Below, piece after piece: positions 9,419 to 19,260 of a DNA stretch of 64,000 nucleotides. A model generated the notes under the pieces. It was not told the origin of the DNA. It did not search any database and saw only the letters and a program-made list of their open reading frames with translations. A program made the position numbers and the translations under genes. Source of the stretch: Candidatus Pacearchaeota archaeon (GTDB lineage: Archaea > Nanobdellota > Nanobdellia > Pacearchaeales > GW2011-AR1); assembly GCA_041659445.1 (NCBI GenBank), contig JBAZYG010000001.1, positions 381,624 to 445,623 on the forward strand, written 5' to 3'. How positions within the stretch are numbered: position 1 is the first letter of the stretch; each line of letters opens with the position of its first letter.

Positions 9419-12276
9419 TCCAATTTCAAACTGATAATTTTACTGACTCCGTCGTGCATTGAAACTCCGAAGATGTTTGTTGCATTTGAAATAATTTCAT
9501 CGTTGTGACTTATAACAATGTATTGTCCTTTTTGCATGTATTTCTTAAGTAAATTTCCAAGTCTTTCTGAATTTCTTTTATCAAGAGCAGCATCAATTTC
9601 ATCCAAAATGTAAAAACAATATGGTTTTAATTCTTGAATTGCAAAAATTAAAGACAGAGCAACTAAAGTTTGTTCTCCTCCTGAAAGAGATTTGACATCG
9701 AAATATTTTCCGTGTCCTGTCTTGACTGTGATATTTACACCTCCTTCAAAAGGATCTTTTTTGTTTTCCAAATCCAACCAAACTTCACCTTTTGTACTTA
9801 ATTCTGCAAAATTCCTAGAGAAAATTGAATTTAATTCTTCTAAAGTTTTAAGAAATGTTTTTTTCTTCTTGACATCAATTTCATGAATTATCTTAAGAAT
9901 TTTTTCTTTTTCATTAACAATAATTTCTGATTTTTCATTTATTTTATCATATTCTTCTTTTACAGAATCATAAACTTCCAAAGACCTTAAATTTACAGAA
10001 CCAATTCTCATCAAAGTATCTTGAATATTTTTTAATTTTGATGAAAGATTCTCTTTATTTCCATGAACAATTTCAACTTCTTTAAATTCAGAAAGTTCTT
10101 CTTGGATGTTCTCTAATTCTGCTGTGACTTTTGCTCTTTCAATTTTGAAATTATTGCAATCCTGTTCTAATCCATAAATTTCATTTTTTTTATTAGAAAT
10201 TTCTGACTCAATTTCTCGAATCTTATTTTGAGATTCATCTCTTTGAGAAATTAATTTTTGGAATTTTTTTGTTAATTCTTCTTCTGAATCTCTTTTTTGC
10301 TTAAGAGTTTTTTCTTTTTCTGAAATTGATTTTTGAATTGATGATAATTCTTCATTTACTTCTTTTTCATCACGAACAACTTGTTTCAAAGAAACTTCAA
10401 TTCTCTCAATTTCCCTTTGCTTAAAAGATATCTCTGAATCTACATTTTCTTTATTTCTCAAGGATATTTCTTCTATTTCAATTCTTAAATTTTCATATTT
10501 TTGATCAACATTTGAATTTTGATCAAAATCATTTTCTAAATTCTTTCTTTTTTTAATCAAATTCTCAACTTCTTGCTTTAATGGATTTATTTTTTCCTCT
10601 AAGATTTTTATTTGATTTTTTTTATCCTCTATTGAAATTAATTTAGTCAAATCAGATTTTCTTTTACTTAATTCAGAATTAATTAATTCAATATCTTTTT
10701 TTAGTAAATCTATTTTCTTATAAATTTCAGAAATTTCTTTTTCTGAATTTTTTATTTCAGATTCTAGTTGAGATATTTTTGGATTTATGTCTGATTTTAT
10801 TGAAGAAACATGTTCATGTGTAATTTTACTTCTGCAAAGAGGACAAACTTCTAATTTAGAAACTTTTTCCAAAACTTTTTTTTGCTTGTCAATTTCATAT
10901 TCGTTTGTATGAATTATTAATTCTAATTCCTGTTCTCTTATTTTTAATGATTCAATTGCCTGACTTTTTTCTTGAAATGAAACTTGAAGAGATTCTAAAT
11001 TTTCTGGTTTTGATTTTTTATCAAATAATTCTAAAGAAAGTCCATTTATTTGTTTGAGCAAAAAGTTAGATTCATTTTCATAATTTAAAAGCATATTTTT
11101 TTTATCTTCAATACGTTCAGAAACTGATTTTAATTCAGATTTTAACATATAGAATTTTTTTCTTTTTTCTTCTAATTCTTCAAGCTCTTTCTTTTTTTGT
11201 TTTAATTCTTTTTCTTTTTTATCTAATGCAGGAGATTCTATTTTTAACTCTCCCACAAGTTCTTCTAATTCTGTCAAGGAATGTTCAAATTCTCTTTTTT
11301 GGTTTGATAGATTACTTATTTTTCTTTCAGAATTCTCTAATTTAACCCTTAAACCTGTTAGTTCTGCTCTTAAATTTGCTATTTCATTGTTTAATTTTTC
11401 TTGTTCTATTCCAGTAGATTCTTTTATTGTAATATTTATTTCATTGATTTTAGAATTTAAACTATCTACATTTGTCTTTAATGTCAAATTTAATTTTTTT
11501 ATTTTTTCAATTTCTTTGTTTTTCTTTTCTATTTCTGAATTTATTCTTTCTTTTTCTTTATTTTTTTCAATAAGATTTTCATTAAGAATGCTTGCTTTCA
11601 AGACTTCGACTTCTTTCTCGAGTTTTTTGAATTTGAGTGCTTCTTGCCTTTCTTTTTCCAGATTATTTAAATAAGCAGTTCTTTCTCTTAATATTGCAGA
11701 AATTTCTTTTAATTTCTCTTCTGTTTTTTCCAATTCTTTTATTGATTTTTCTTTTCGAGATTCATAAATAGAAATTCCAGCGACTTCTTCAATTATCTTT
11801 CTCCTTTCTTCTGATTGCATTCTCACAAAATTTTGAATTTCGCCCTGTAAAATAATATTAAATCCATATGGATCAATTCCTGCTTGAGCAAGCAAAGACA
11901 AAACTTCTTGTCGGGTTTTTGTTTTGTCATTTATTTTATAAATACTTTGTCCGTTTCTTCTTACAATTCTTTTTATTAAAATTTCCTGTTCTTCCATTCC
12001 AAAAGAATTATCTGAATTATCTATTATTACTTCGACTGAAGCTTCTTTAGATGGAGATGCAATTTTTGTTCCTAAAAAAATTAAATTTTTTGCTTTTGCT
12101 GCTCTCATGGATTTTATACTTAATCTTCCGAGGACAAAACATAAAGCATCAGAAATATTTGATTTTCCAGAACCATTTGGTCCGAGGATAACATTTATCC
12201 CTGGAGTAAAAGGGAGTTCTGTTTTTTTTGGGAAACTTTTAAACCCATACATCACCAATTTTTTTATGTAAGGCAT
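9415..12276 (-). CDS. SMC-superfamily chromosome-associated ATPase (SMC-type head domains, long coiled coil, CxxC hook-like motif at the midpoint instead of an obvious hinge)
   Basis: N-terminal FKSF...ILGPNGSGKSNISDALCFVLG (Walker A); QGEI...RRKIIEEVAGI; C-terminal LSGGEQTLVALSLIFAIQELKPYCFYILDEIDAALD (SMC signature plus Walker B) and ISHN (H-loop); about 650 aa of heptad-rich K/E/L sequence; CPLC at about residue 477 of 953. Confidence 0.8.
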   Translation of the reverse strand: MPYIKKLVMYGFKSFPKKTELPFTPGINVILGPNGSGKSNISDALCFVLGRLSIKSMRAAKAKNLIFLGTKIASPSKEASVEVIIDNSDNSFGMEEQEILIKRIVRRNGQSIYKINDKTKTRQEVLSLLAQAGIDPYGFNIILQGEIQNFVRMQSEERRKIIEEVAGISIYESRKEKSIKELEKTEEKLKEISAILRERTAYLNNLEKERQEALKFKKLEKEVEVLKASILNENLIEKNKEKERINSEIEKKNKEIEKIKKLNLTLKTNVDSLNSKINEINITIKESTGIEQEKLNNEIANLRAELTGLRVKLENSERKISNLSNQKREFEHSLTELEELVGELKIESPALDKKEKELKQKKKELEELEEKRKKFYMLKSELKSVSERIEDKKNMLLNYENESNFLLKQINGLSLELFDKKSKPENLESLQVSFQEKSQAIESLKIREQELELIIHTNEYEIDKQKKVLEKVSKLEVCPLCRSKITHEHVSSIKSDINPKISQLESEIKNSEKEISEIYKKIDLLKKDIELINSELSKRKSDLTKLISIEDKKNQIKILEEKINPLKQEVENLIKKRKNLENDFDQNSNVDQKYENLRIEIEEISLRNKENVDSEISFKQREIERIEVSLKQVVRDEKEVNEELSSIQKSISEKEKTLKQKRDSEEELTKKFQKLISQRDESQNKIREIESEISNKKNEIYGLEQDCNNFKIERAKVTAELENIQEELSEFKEVEIVHGNKENLSSKLKNIQDTLMRIGSVNLRSLEVYDSVKEEYDKINEKSEIIVNEKEKILKIIHEIDVKKKKTFLKTLEELNSIFSRNFAELSTKGEVWLDLENKKDPFEGGVNITVKTGHGKYFDVKSLSGGEQTLVALSLIFAIQELKPYCFYILDEIDAALDKRNSERLGNLLKKYMQKGQYIVISHNDEIISNATNIFGVSMHDGVSKIISLKLD

Positions 12277-12326
12277 ACATACAAAAGAATAGAAGGATTT
12301 TTAAAGATTGCCAGAATAAAAAAACT

Positions 12327-12740
12327 ATGAAAAAAAACACTAGAGCGATAAGATATAATTTAAAGAATAGTGCAAACTCTGATGATTTAAAAACAGAGTG
12401 GACATTTTTCATTGTCAACGACGCAGATTACATTCCTGAAATAATAAAAAACATTAAATATTATTTTGAAGAATCTGGAATCAATAAAATAGATGGAATG
12501 AATGACTTAATTAGAAACAAATTTAACGGAAATGGATTAGAATATTTATTATTAAAATTCAAAAGCGATAGAAATGCTCTTTTATCTAAACAAGAAAGAG
12601 ATAAAATATGGCTTAGTCCAGGAAGATTCAAAAAAGATTGTGAAATGAACATAGAAGGAATTTATGATTTAAAATCTTGGGCAGATGAATATTTAAACAA
12701 AATTTTTGCTGAATCTGATGACGAAGAAACTGTTAAATAA
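12327..12740 (+). CDS. hypothetical protein (137 aa)
   Basis: Complete ORF; no motif recognised. Confidence 0.4.
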   Translation: MKKNTRAIRYNLKNSANSDDLKTEWTFFIVNDADYIPEIIKNIKYYFEESGINKIDGMNDLIRNKFNGNGLEYLLLKFKSDRNALLSKQERDKIWLSPGRFKKDCEMNIEGIYDLKSWADEYLNKIFAESDDEETVK

Positions 12741-12747
12741 GGGTAAT

Positions 12748-13416
12748 TTAAAATAACTTTTCTTGGTTTGCGTTGTTTTCTGCATTTTTCCAAGTTTCCC
12801 AAGTCTTTCTAAATATTCCTTTATCTTTTAATTTTTTAACATTTTTTTCAAGAAACCTGCATGTAAGAGGATCTGCAGGATAACCTGTTCCTATTTCTTC
12901 TCCATAAATTTTTCTTAATTTTTCCATTTCTCTTTCTCTCTCGCACTTTGCCAAAATCGAAGCTGCTGAAACAACTGGATAATTTTTATCTGCTTTATGC
13001 TCACAAACAACTTCTAAGTTTGAAAGGTCTGAGATTTTGGTTTTCAAAAAATCTTTCCATTTTGAAATCGTTGTTGATGGACAATCGACGATTAATTTTA
13101 TTTTAGATGAACTATTTACATTTAATTTGTTTACAACTTTTGCCATATGAACTGCTTCTAATTCATTTAATTTTAATCCTCGAGCATTAGATTCATCAAT
13201 TTCTGACGGAGAGATTATAGAAATTTCAAAAGATATTACTTTTTCTTTTATTTTTTCTTCTAAAAATTCTCTTCGCTTTTGCGTTAATTCTTTACTATCT
13301 CGAACTCCCAATTCTTTTAGAAATTTTTCATCTTTATCGTCAATTAAACATCCTGCAATAATCATTGGACCAATTACAGGACCTCTTCCTGCGTCATCAA
13401 TACCTATTTTTAACAT
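12748..13416 (-). CDS. rnhB: ribonuclease HII
   Basis: N-terminal MLKIGIDDAGRGPVIGPMIIAGCLIDD matches the RNase HII catalytic core (DEAGRGP-type motif); length 222 aa. Confidence 0.85.
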   Translation of the reverse strand: MLKIGIDDAGRGPVIGPMIIAGCLIDDKDEKFLKELGVRDSKELTQKRREFLEEKIKEKVISFEISIISPSEIDESNARGLKLNELEAVHMAKVVNKLNVNSSSKIKLIVDCPSTTISKWKDFLKTKISDLSNLEVVCEHKADKNYPVVSAASILAKCEREREMEKLRKIYGEEIGTGYPADPLTCRFLEKNVKKLKDKGIFRKTWETWKNAENNANQEKLF

Positions 13417-13417
13417 C

Positions 13418-14227
13418 TTATAAAAAAAAGAACTTTGTTTTTAAGATTTTGTGAGAAAGAAAATTATGTTTATCTTTTGGGAAATTAAGATTGCATCTTT
13501 TTTGTTTAGTTGACAAAATATAAAGAAAGAAAGAAGAAAAAAAAAGGATAATACTAATTATCGAATTATTACCTATTTGTGAATTTCCTATAATATTACC
13601 TGTTAAAGTTGAAGATAAAAAAAAGATTCCTCCAAAAAAAGCAATTATCGATGATATCTTTAAAATTTTTTCCAATGTTTTAGGATTATTTTCTATTTCC
13701 AAATTGTTTGTATTATTACCATTTTTAATTGTCTTTTGGATAGAATTATAAAAAAAACTTTTTTCCTCTTTGCTTAAATCATCAGGATAACAAGGTTTCC
13801 CATATTTTTCCATAAACTCTTTTAATACTCCTTTATACTCTCTTCCTGTTGGAGTTCTTTCACTATTTTCTTCATCAACTTCTGCAACAATATACCTATA
13901 TCTTAAAGCCTTACCTGATGCTCTTTCCCTCTTAGGTATTTTTACAAGAATATCTTTTATTTTTTTTAATCTCAAATTTTTTCCTATCCAAATTCCTTCT
14001 TGTCCTAATTCTGTACTATCATTTCTATAATCTCTAAAAAAATTAGGATTAGAATAGTGTATTTCAAATAAAGTATTAATTTCTTCTCCTGACCTATTAG
14101 GAGCATGTATTCCTAAATATGCACCATTAGATTTTGGTGCAACATACAATGCGTCTTTTATAATAAAATAATCTTTTTCTAAGTCTTTTTTCTTCCAAAC
14201 CCCACCATGAAATACAATTTTACCCAT
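13418..14227 (-). CDS. hypothetical protein with a C-terminal membrane anchor (269 aa)
   Basis: Soluble N-terminal domain; two C-terminal hydrophobic helices (ISSIIAFFGGIFFLSSTLTG; SIISIILFFSSFFLYILS). Confidence 0.4.
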   Translation of the reverse strand: MGKIVFHGGVWKKKDLEKDYFIIKDALYVAPKSNGAYLGIHAPNRSGEEINTLFEIHYSNPNFFRDYRNDSTELGQEGIWIGKNLRLKKIKDILVKIPKRERASGKALRYRYIVAEVDEENSERTPTGREYKGVLKEFMEKYGKPCYPDDLSKEEKSFFYNSIQKTIKNGNNTNNLEIENNPKTLEKILKISSIIAFFGGIFFLSSTLTGNIIGNSQIGNNSIISIILFFSSFFLYILSTKQKRCNLNFPKDKHNFLSHKILKTKFFFL

Positions 14228-14265
14228 ACTTCAAACAAGAAAATACATATTTTTAAGATTTTGTA

Positions 14266-15261
14266 TTAAAATGGAACATCTTCTTTTGGTATTGGCTGAA
14301 ATTCTTCTTCTAAATCTTCAACAGGTTCGGTTCTTAAAATTAATTTATTATTTGAATTTAAAAAAGAATTTAAATGTATATTAAACTCTCTAGGAAAAAT
14401 ATATTCATTCTTAATTAATTCATTAAACTTTTCACTCCATTTTTCAGAATTAACATTTTTTATTATTAATATTGGAAATGGGGAAATTTCAAAATTATTT
14501 AATTTCATACCTTCTGGCAATTTAGATTTTATTATTTTTAATCCTTCTAATTCCACATTGAAATAATTTAATGTTTCTTCTGGATACGCTAAAAGAGCAT
14601 TAATTGGAGATGAATCAATTCGTGTATAAGAATCATGCTTTTCATTTCCCTTTTGCCTAGAACATTTTCCAGAAATATAAATGTCAAAAATAACTCTAAA
14701 GGGTAAAGAAATCATAAATTTTGTAGAATCTGCAAGTTTTTTAAAAAGAATTTCAATATCTTTTTCTATATAATCTGATTGAAGTTTTTTTATACCATGT
14801 CTAAATATCTCAAATTTAATCTCTTTTTTTAAATCTATTTTATATCTTTCTAATAAAAAATTTTTTGCCATTTGTTCATCTTTTAGTTGTAAACAACGTC
14901 CTGGACTAATAGATTTAGTTTCCCTAAAAAAATCCTTACAAGAAACATCTGGTTCTACTAATAAATAATTTTCAAGGGGACTTAATTTTATTCCATATTG
15001 TTCTTTTAATTCTCCCCCATAAATCCCTTTAGTAAGAATTTCATAAAAACGACTCAATTTTACTCTTAATCCATATTCTGATTGAAACAAATCTAATTGC
15101 TGATTTAAAGAATAAATAATATCTTTATTATAAATCTTAATTGAATCTGATTCAAAATAATCTTTTAATCCTTGAAAGGATTTTCCTCGAATAAACTTCA
15201 TTCTTTTTTGATAATTTTGAATTTTAAGTTCATTTTTTATAAAATAAGTTTGATGATTCAT
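14266..15261 (-). CDS. hypothetical protein; start trimmed to M44 of the track ORF
   Basis: Track ORF 14266..15390 runs 29 nt into tRNA-Ser(GGA); its first 43 codons are the reverse complement of the tRNA and the leader, so I place the start at MNHQTYFIK (15261); no motif recognised. Confidence 0.4.
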   Translation of the reverse strand: MNHQTYFIKNELKIQNYQKRMKFIRGKSFQGLKDYFESDSIKIYNKDIIYSLNQQLDLFQSEYGLRVKLSRFYEILTKGIYGGELKEQYGIKLSPLENYLLVEPDVSCKDFFRETKSISPGRCLQLKDEQMAKNFLLERYKIDLKKEIKFEIFRHGIKKLQSDYIEKDIEILFKKLADSTKFMISLPFRVIFDIYISGKCSRQKGNEKHDSYTRIDSSPINALLAYPEETLNYFNVELEGLKIIKSKLPEGMKLNNFEISPFPILIIKNVNSEKWSEKFNELIKNEYIFPREFNIHLNSFLNSNNKLILRTEPVEDLEEEFQPIPKEDVPF

Positions 15262-15361
15262 TTTTAAATTTTTGTTTGAAAGATCATTCAACAAATTTTT
15301 TTCTCCATTAATTATCTTTGAAAAAACCTTTAAAAAGATTATGTGTTCTGTAGAATATATT

Positions 15362-15442
15362 GCCCAGATGGCGGAGTGGTTAACGCACACGATTGGAAAT
15401 CGTGGTCCTCTGGACTCCTAGGTTCGAATCCTAGTCTGGGCG
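15362..15442 (+). tRNA. tRNA-Ser (anticodon GGA), type II with a long variable arm
   Basis: Manual fold: acceptor GCCCAGA/TCTGGGC, anticodon stem CACGA/TCGTG, loop TTGGAAA (U33, GGA, A37), variable arm GTCCTCTGGACTC, T-arm CTAGG-TTCGAAT-CCTAG, discriminator G. Confidence 0.8.
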
Positions 15443-15500
15443 TTTTAAATTTGAGAAAGATTAAAACAAAATTTATATACCTTATTTTCTAAGTAAAGTT

Positions 15501-15677
15501 ATGAATAAAAAAATAAAAAAGATTAAAGATGAAGAAATTGAATTAGCAGAACAACATATTGAACTTGCAGAACAATTAGTTTCTGAAAAAGATAAAAAAG
15601 CAAAAGAACAAAATAACAAACTTCTCAAAGATGCAGCATTTTGCCTTGAAGCAGATTTAGAAGAATATTCTGAATAA
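15501..15677 (+). CDS. small hypothetical coiled-coil protein (58 aa), below ORF-track cutoff
   Basis: Hand translation MNKKIKKIKDEEIELAEQHIELAEQLVSEKDKKAKEQNNKLLKDAAFCLEADLEEYSE*; it sits between two tRNA genes; weak support. Confidence 0.2.
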   Translation: MNKKIKKIKDEEIELAEQHIELAEQLVSEKDKKAKEQNNKLLKDAAFCLEADLEEYSE

Positions 15678-15740
15678 TTCTTTCAAAAACAAAAACTTCA
15701 ATAAAGAAACCTTTAAAAGTTAGATAATACATTCAATTTC

Positions 15741-15816
15741 AGCGAGGTGGAGCAGCCTGGAGTGCTCGTCGGGCCCATAACCCGGAGGTCGTGTGGTTCA
15801 AATCCCACCCTCGCTA
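15741..15816 (+). tRNA. tRNA-Met (anticodon CAT), initiator-like (A1:U72, three G:C pairs at the base of the anticodon stem); T-arm irregular
   Basis: Acceptor AGCGAGG/CCTCGCT, D-arm GAGC-AGCCTGGAGT-GCTC, anticodon stem TCGGG/CCCGG with loop CCCATAA; the T-arm folds only as a 4-bp GTGG/CCAC stem with an 8-nt loop TTCAAATC. Confidence 0.6.
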
Positions 15817-15906
15817 TAATTTTTTAAAAAATTTCAAAAACAAAAACAACGAATTCAAAAGGATTATAATCTAAAGGAGATTAATTAAATTTACAAAACA
15901 TTAATA

Positions 15907-17412
15907 ATGAAAGATAAAAGAGGCCTTTCAGACGTTATAACAACTATTTTGTTAATTTTATTAGTTGTTATAGCTTTGGGAATTGTTTCTGTTATTCTTT
16001 TTTCCTTTGCAAAAAATAATTCAGAAAAAGCAGAATTAAAAGTTTCTTTGCTAAGTGAAAATTTTAAAATAAAAAAAGTATTAATTGATTCACAGGACCC
16101 TTCAAAAATTAATATTACTTTTTGTTGTGCTACAGGTTCATATCAAATTAAAAAACAAACAGAAGAAAATAATACAGAATTAGATATTGGACTAGTCATA
16201 GATCGTTCTGGAAGTATGAGACAAAGTGGATGGACAATTAATTTAGACTCAAGTCTTATTTCTTCGTATAATTTTTATAATTTAAATGTCCCAAGAAATT
16301 CTTATAGTTCTTCACAAACTTTTAATGTAAATTCTAGCAACACACGAATTGCAATTTTGTTGATGTGGGATAAAAAACAAGGATATAATGGTTCTGAAGG
16401 TTCAGAATTTTCACTTAATTTAAGAAGACCTTCAGGAGAATGGATTTTTGGTTCAGGTCAACCAAACACTGGGGGAAAAGTTGATCCCCCAGATTCTCTG
16501 GGAAACAGCAACGAATATTTTAATGGAATTTCTTCAAAACCCCAAATAATTTATATTGAAAACCCACAAGTAGGAAATTGGGAAGTTAAAGTATGGGGTT
16601 GGAATTTAAGACCGTCGACAAATCCTCCAAATTCCCAAAATGTAAATATTTCAGTTTTCAAGGGAAATGCTCAACAAATTTCTAAAAACCCAACAATTAT
16701 TTCAATCGACGCTGCTAAAAATTCTTCAAAAAGTTTTGTTAATTCTAAAAAAGATGATGAACAAATAAATTATGTTGTTTTTGGAAATTATGGAGAATTA
16801 AAACAAACTTTAACATCAAATCTTACAAAATTAATAAATGCTATTGACAACACTGGAATGGAAGGAGGCACAGCAATACAAACAGGAATTGAAACTGCTG
16901 AAGAAGATTTACTAAATAATGGTAGAGAAAATTCTGAAAAAATAATGGTAATCTTAACAGATGGACAAAATGACGCAGGCTCTGAAATTGTTATTCAAAC
17001 AGCACAAGAAGTCAAAGACAATGGAATTATTATTTTTACAATTGGTTTAACAGGATTTGTAGACGAGAACATGCTTAAACAAGTTGCAACTAAACCAGAA
17101 TATTACAATTATGCACCTGATGCTTCGAATTTAAATTTTATATTTGAAGAAGTAAGAAGAGATATCACAAATTTATTTGAAAAAAATGAAAAATTATCAG
17201 ATTATTTTCTTTTAATTTTTTATAACAATACAAACAGCTATGAATACAAACTTGACGACCCTTCTTTAAAACCACTTCAAACAAAAGAATATTTTTTTGA
17301 TTTAACTGGAAAATTGACAAATGTCACAAGAATAGAAATTTATCCTGTTATTTTAGCAAAAAATGGAAAAGAAGTAATTGGACAACTTCTTCAAACATTT
17401 GAGATTGCATAA
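15907..17412 (+). CDS. pilin-like protein with an archaeal class III signal peptide and a von Willebrand factor A (vWA) domain
   Basis: MKDKRGLSDVITTILLILLVVIALGIVSVILF (KRG plus hydrophobic segment); MIDAS-like DIGLVIDRSGSM (DxSxS), later TDG and GIIIFTIGL segments typical of a vWA fold. Confidence 0.6.
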   Translation: MKDKRGLSDVITTILLILLVVIALGIVSVILFSFAKNNSEKAELKVSLLSENFKIKKVLIDSQDPSKINITFCCATGSYQIKKQTEENNTELDIGLVIDRSGSMRQSGWTINLDSSLISSYNFYNLNVPRNSYSSSQTFNVNSSNTRIAILLMWDKKQGYNGSEGSEFSLNLRRPSGEWIFGSGQPNTGGKVDPPDSLGNSNEYFNGISSKPQIIYIENPQVGNWEVKVWGWNLRPSTNPPNSQNVNISVFKGNAQQISKNPTIISIDAAKNSSKSFVNSKKDDEQINYVVFGNYGELKQTLTSNLTKLINAIDNTGMEGGTAIQTGIETAEEDLLNNGRENSEKIMVILTDGQNDAGSEIVIQTAQEVKDNGIIIFTIGLTGFVDENMLKQVATKPEYYNYAPDASNLNFIFEEVRRDITNLFEKNEKLSDYFLLIFYNNTNSYEYKLDDPSLKPLQTKEYFFDLTGKLTNVTRIEIYPVILAKNGKEVIGQLLQTFEIA

Positions 17413-17486
17413 TTTTAAAAACAAAATCTTTAAAATAGGTCAGATTATTCTATTTTAAGAAGAATTAAACAAAATTGCTTAATACT

Positions 17487-17567
17487 GCCCTCGTCGCATA
17501 GTGGTTATTGCACCGGTTTGCTAAACCGGGCCCTTTGGGCGCGCAGGTTCAATTCCTGCCGAGGGCG
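17487..17567 (+). tRNA. tRNA-Ser (anticodon GCT), type II
   Basis: Acceptor GCCCTCG/CGAGGGC, anticodon stem CCGGT/ACCGG with loop TTGCTAA, long variable arm GCCCTTTGGGCGC, T-arm GCAGG-TTCAATT-CCTGC. Confidence 0.8.
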
Positions 17568-17948
17568 TTTTCTTGTTTAGTTTACATTATAATAATACTT
17601 ATAAATAAAAAATTTGTTTTAAAATCATGGAACACAAAGTAAAATTAAACTTTTATAAAGGTATAGGAGATGTTAATCTTGTTCAACTAGAAAAAGATAT
17701 CCTAAAAAATCTCAGTGGAAATCATTTAAGAGGATTCCTGTTTTTGCGATACTCCAAATGAGAGTATATTTAGAAAGATCATAAACTATTTTGAGGATTA
17801 TTCTTCATTTAGAATATCTTTTTCACCTATGAAGGAAAAGAGAAATCAAATATTTTATAGGATTGAATTCTCGATAAATTTTTTCTGGTAAACTTAAATT
17901 AGAGTATTTTCGCTCCAATTATTCAAGACAAAGAAGTCTCGAGAGATT

Positions 17949-18749
17949 CTAAATCCCGCTTCCACTGCCAAAAATACTCCACATTAATAAAACAACACCT
18001 AAAACCAAAAATAAAATTCCTGCAGCTGATTTTAATTGTTTTTCAGATAATAAATTTGCAAAAACAGAAGAATATCTAGAACCGATAATTCCTCCAATGC
18101 ATCCTACTCCCAACAAAATTAATGAAAAAGGTTTATAATAAAAATGTGAGAGCCCGCCGAAAAATGCAATAAATATCATCATCAAAAGTGAAGTTCCAAT
18201 TGCTTTATGAATTGTATAATCTAAAATAAAAACTAAAACAACAAACATCATCAATCCTCCCCCTGCTCCAAATGCTCCAGAAATAAATCCAATAAAAATT
18301 CCAAGAAAAATTAAAAAAGAAATTTTCCTTTTTTTGGTTTTGTTGAACCATGCAATGATTTTTGGAGGTGTTCTTTTTTTCTTGTCTTTTCTAAGTAAAA
18401 TTGAAATTCCTACAATAATAATTCCAATTCCAAGTAACAAAGAAAAATTATAAGATGGGATATAAAAAGAAATATAACTACCAATTGCCACTCCAAAAAA
18501 AGAAGCAAGCAAAATTGGAAGAGCAGACATTAAAGCAATATTTTTATTTTTGTAATAAACTTTAACAGCGACTAAAGAAATTGCAACATCTACTAATAAA
18601 GTTAAACCAACGACAATATAAGGATCCATTTTTAAAAAAATCATTAAAATAGGAACCATAACCATAACTGCACTTGCTCCAGCTAAACCTGCGACCACCC
18701 CTGCAATTATTGAGGACGTAAGCACGATAATGATTGAAAACCAATCCAT
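17949..18749 (-). CDS. TauE/SafE (DUF81) family membrane transporter
   Basis: About 8 TM helices in two repeats with glycine-rich AGGGLMMF and FFGGLSHF motifs typical of sulfite-exporter TauE/SafE proteins. Confidence 0.55.
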   Translation of the reverse strand: MDWFSIIIVLTSSIIAGVVAGLAGASAVMVMVPILMIFLKMDPYIVVGLTLLVDVAISLVAVKVYYKNKNIALMSALPILLASFFGVAIGSYISFYIPSYNFSLLLGIGIIIVGISILLRKDKKKRTPPKIIAWFNKTKKRKISFLIFLGIFIGFISGAFGAGGGLMMFVVLVFILDYTIHKAIGTSLLMMIFIAFFGGLSHFYYKPFSLILLGVGCIGGIIGSRYSSVFANLLSEKQLKSAAGILFLVLGVVLLMWSIFGSGSGI

Positions 18750-18800
18750 TAACTTTTTAAAACAAAAAGACTTTAAGAATTTATCTAAAAGAGGATAAAA

Positions 18801-19202
18801 ATGAATAAAATTCCTAAAGAATTAAAAACAATTTATCAAGTTGGATATGTTTTTTCAATTATTGGTGTGATTATTTTTGTTATAAATTTTATAATTTCTT
18901 CTTTTTTGTATTTACTGTCTTATAGAGAAGCAAATAAATTCACCATTATAATTTATCTTTTAGTTTTATTATTAATTCCAATATTAATGTTTTTAATTTC
19001 ACTAGGATTGCATAAAGGAAAAAAATGGGGAAGAAAAATGGGAATTTTCTCTGGGGTTTTAAGTATTATCTCTATTATTCTTGTTTTAATATTTGATTGG
19101 AAAACAATAATTTTTTTAATAATTCCTTTTTCATTCTTTATTATAATTGGAATATTCTTGCAATATAACAAAAATATTAAAAAATACTTTTCAAAAAAAT
19201 AA
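18801..19202 (+). CDS. hypothetical polytopic membrane protein (133 aa)
   Basis: Four hydrophobic helices; no motif recognised. Confidence 0.4.
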   Translation: MNKIPKELKTIYQVGYVFSIIGVIIFVINFIISSFLYLLSYREANKFTIIIYLLVLLLIPILMFLISLGLHKGKKWGRKMGIFSGVLSIISIILVLIFDWKTIIFLIIPFSFFIIIGIFLQYNKNIKKYFSKK

Positions 19203-19260
19203 TCTTAAAACATAAATTTATAAATTTAAATTATTAAATAGATAATGAAAGGAGGTAAAA

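Noticed and set aside
9692-12050. Plus-strand ORFs 9692..9886, 11387..11674, 11868..12050 inside the SMC-family gene
   Set aside because: Antisense to the coiled-coil coding region; F/L/S-rich low-complexity translations
14266-15390. Full-length track ORF extending into tRNA-Ser(GGA)
   Set aside because: First 43 codons are reverse complement of the tRNA and its leader; start moved to internal Met at 15261
17600-17948. Short ORFs (about 44 aa) in the spacer after tRNA-Ser(GCT)
   Set aside because: Frames broken after fewer than 50 codons and no motif; possibly a decayed gene but unsupported
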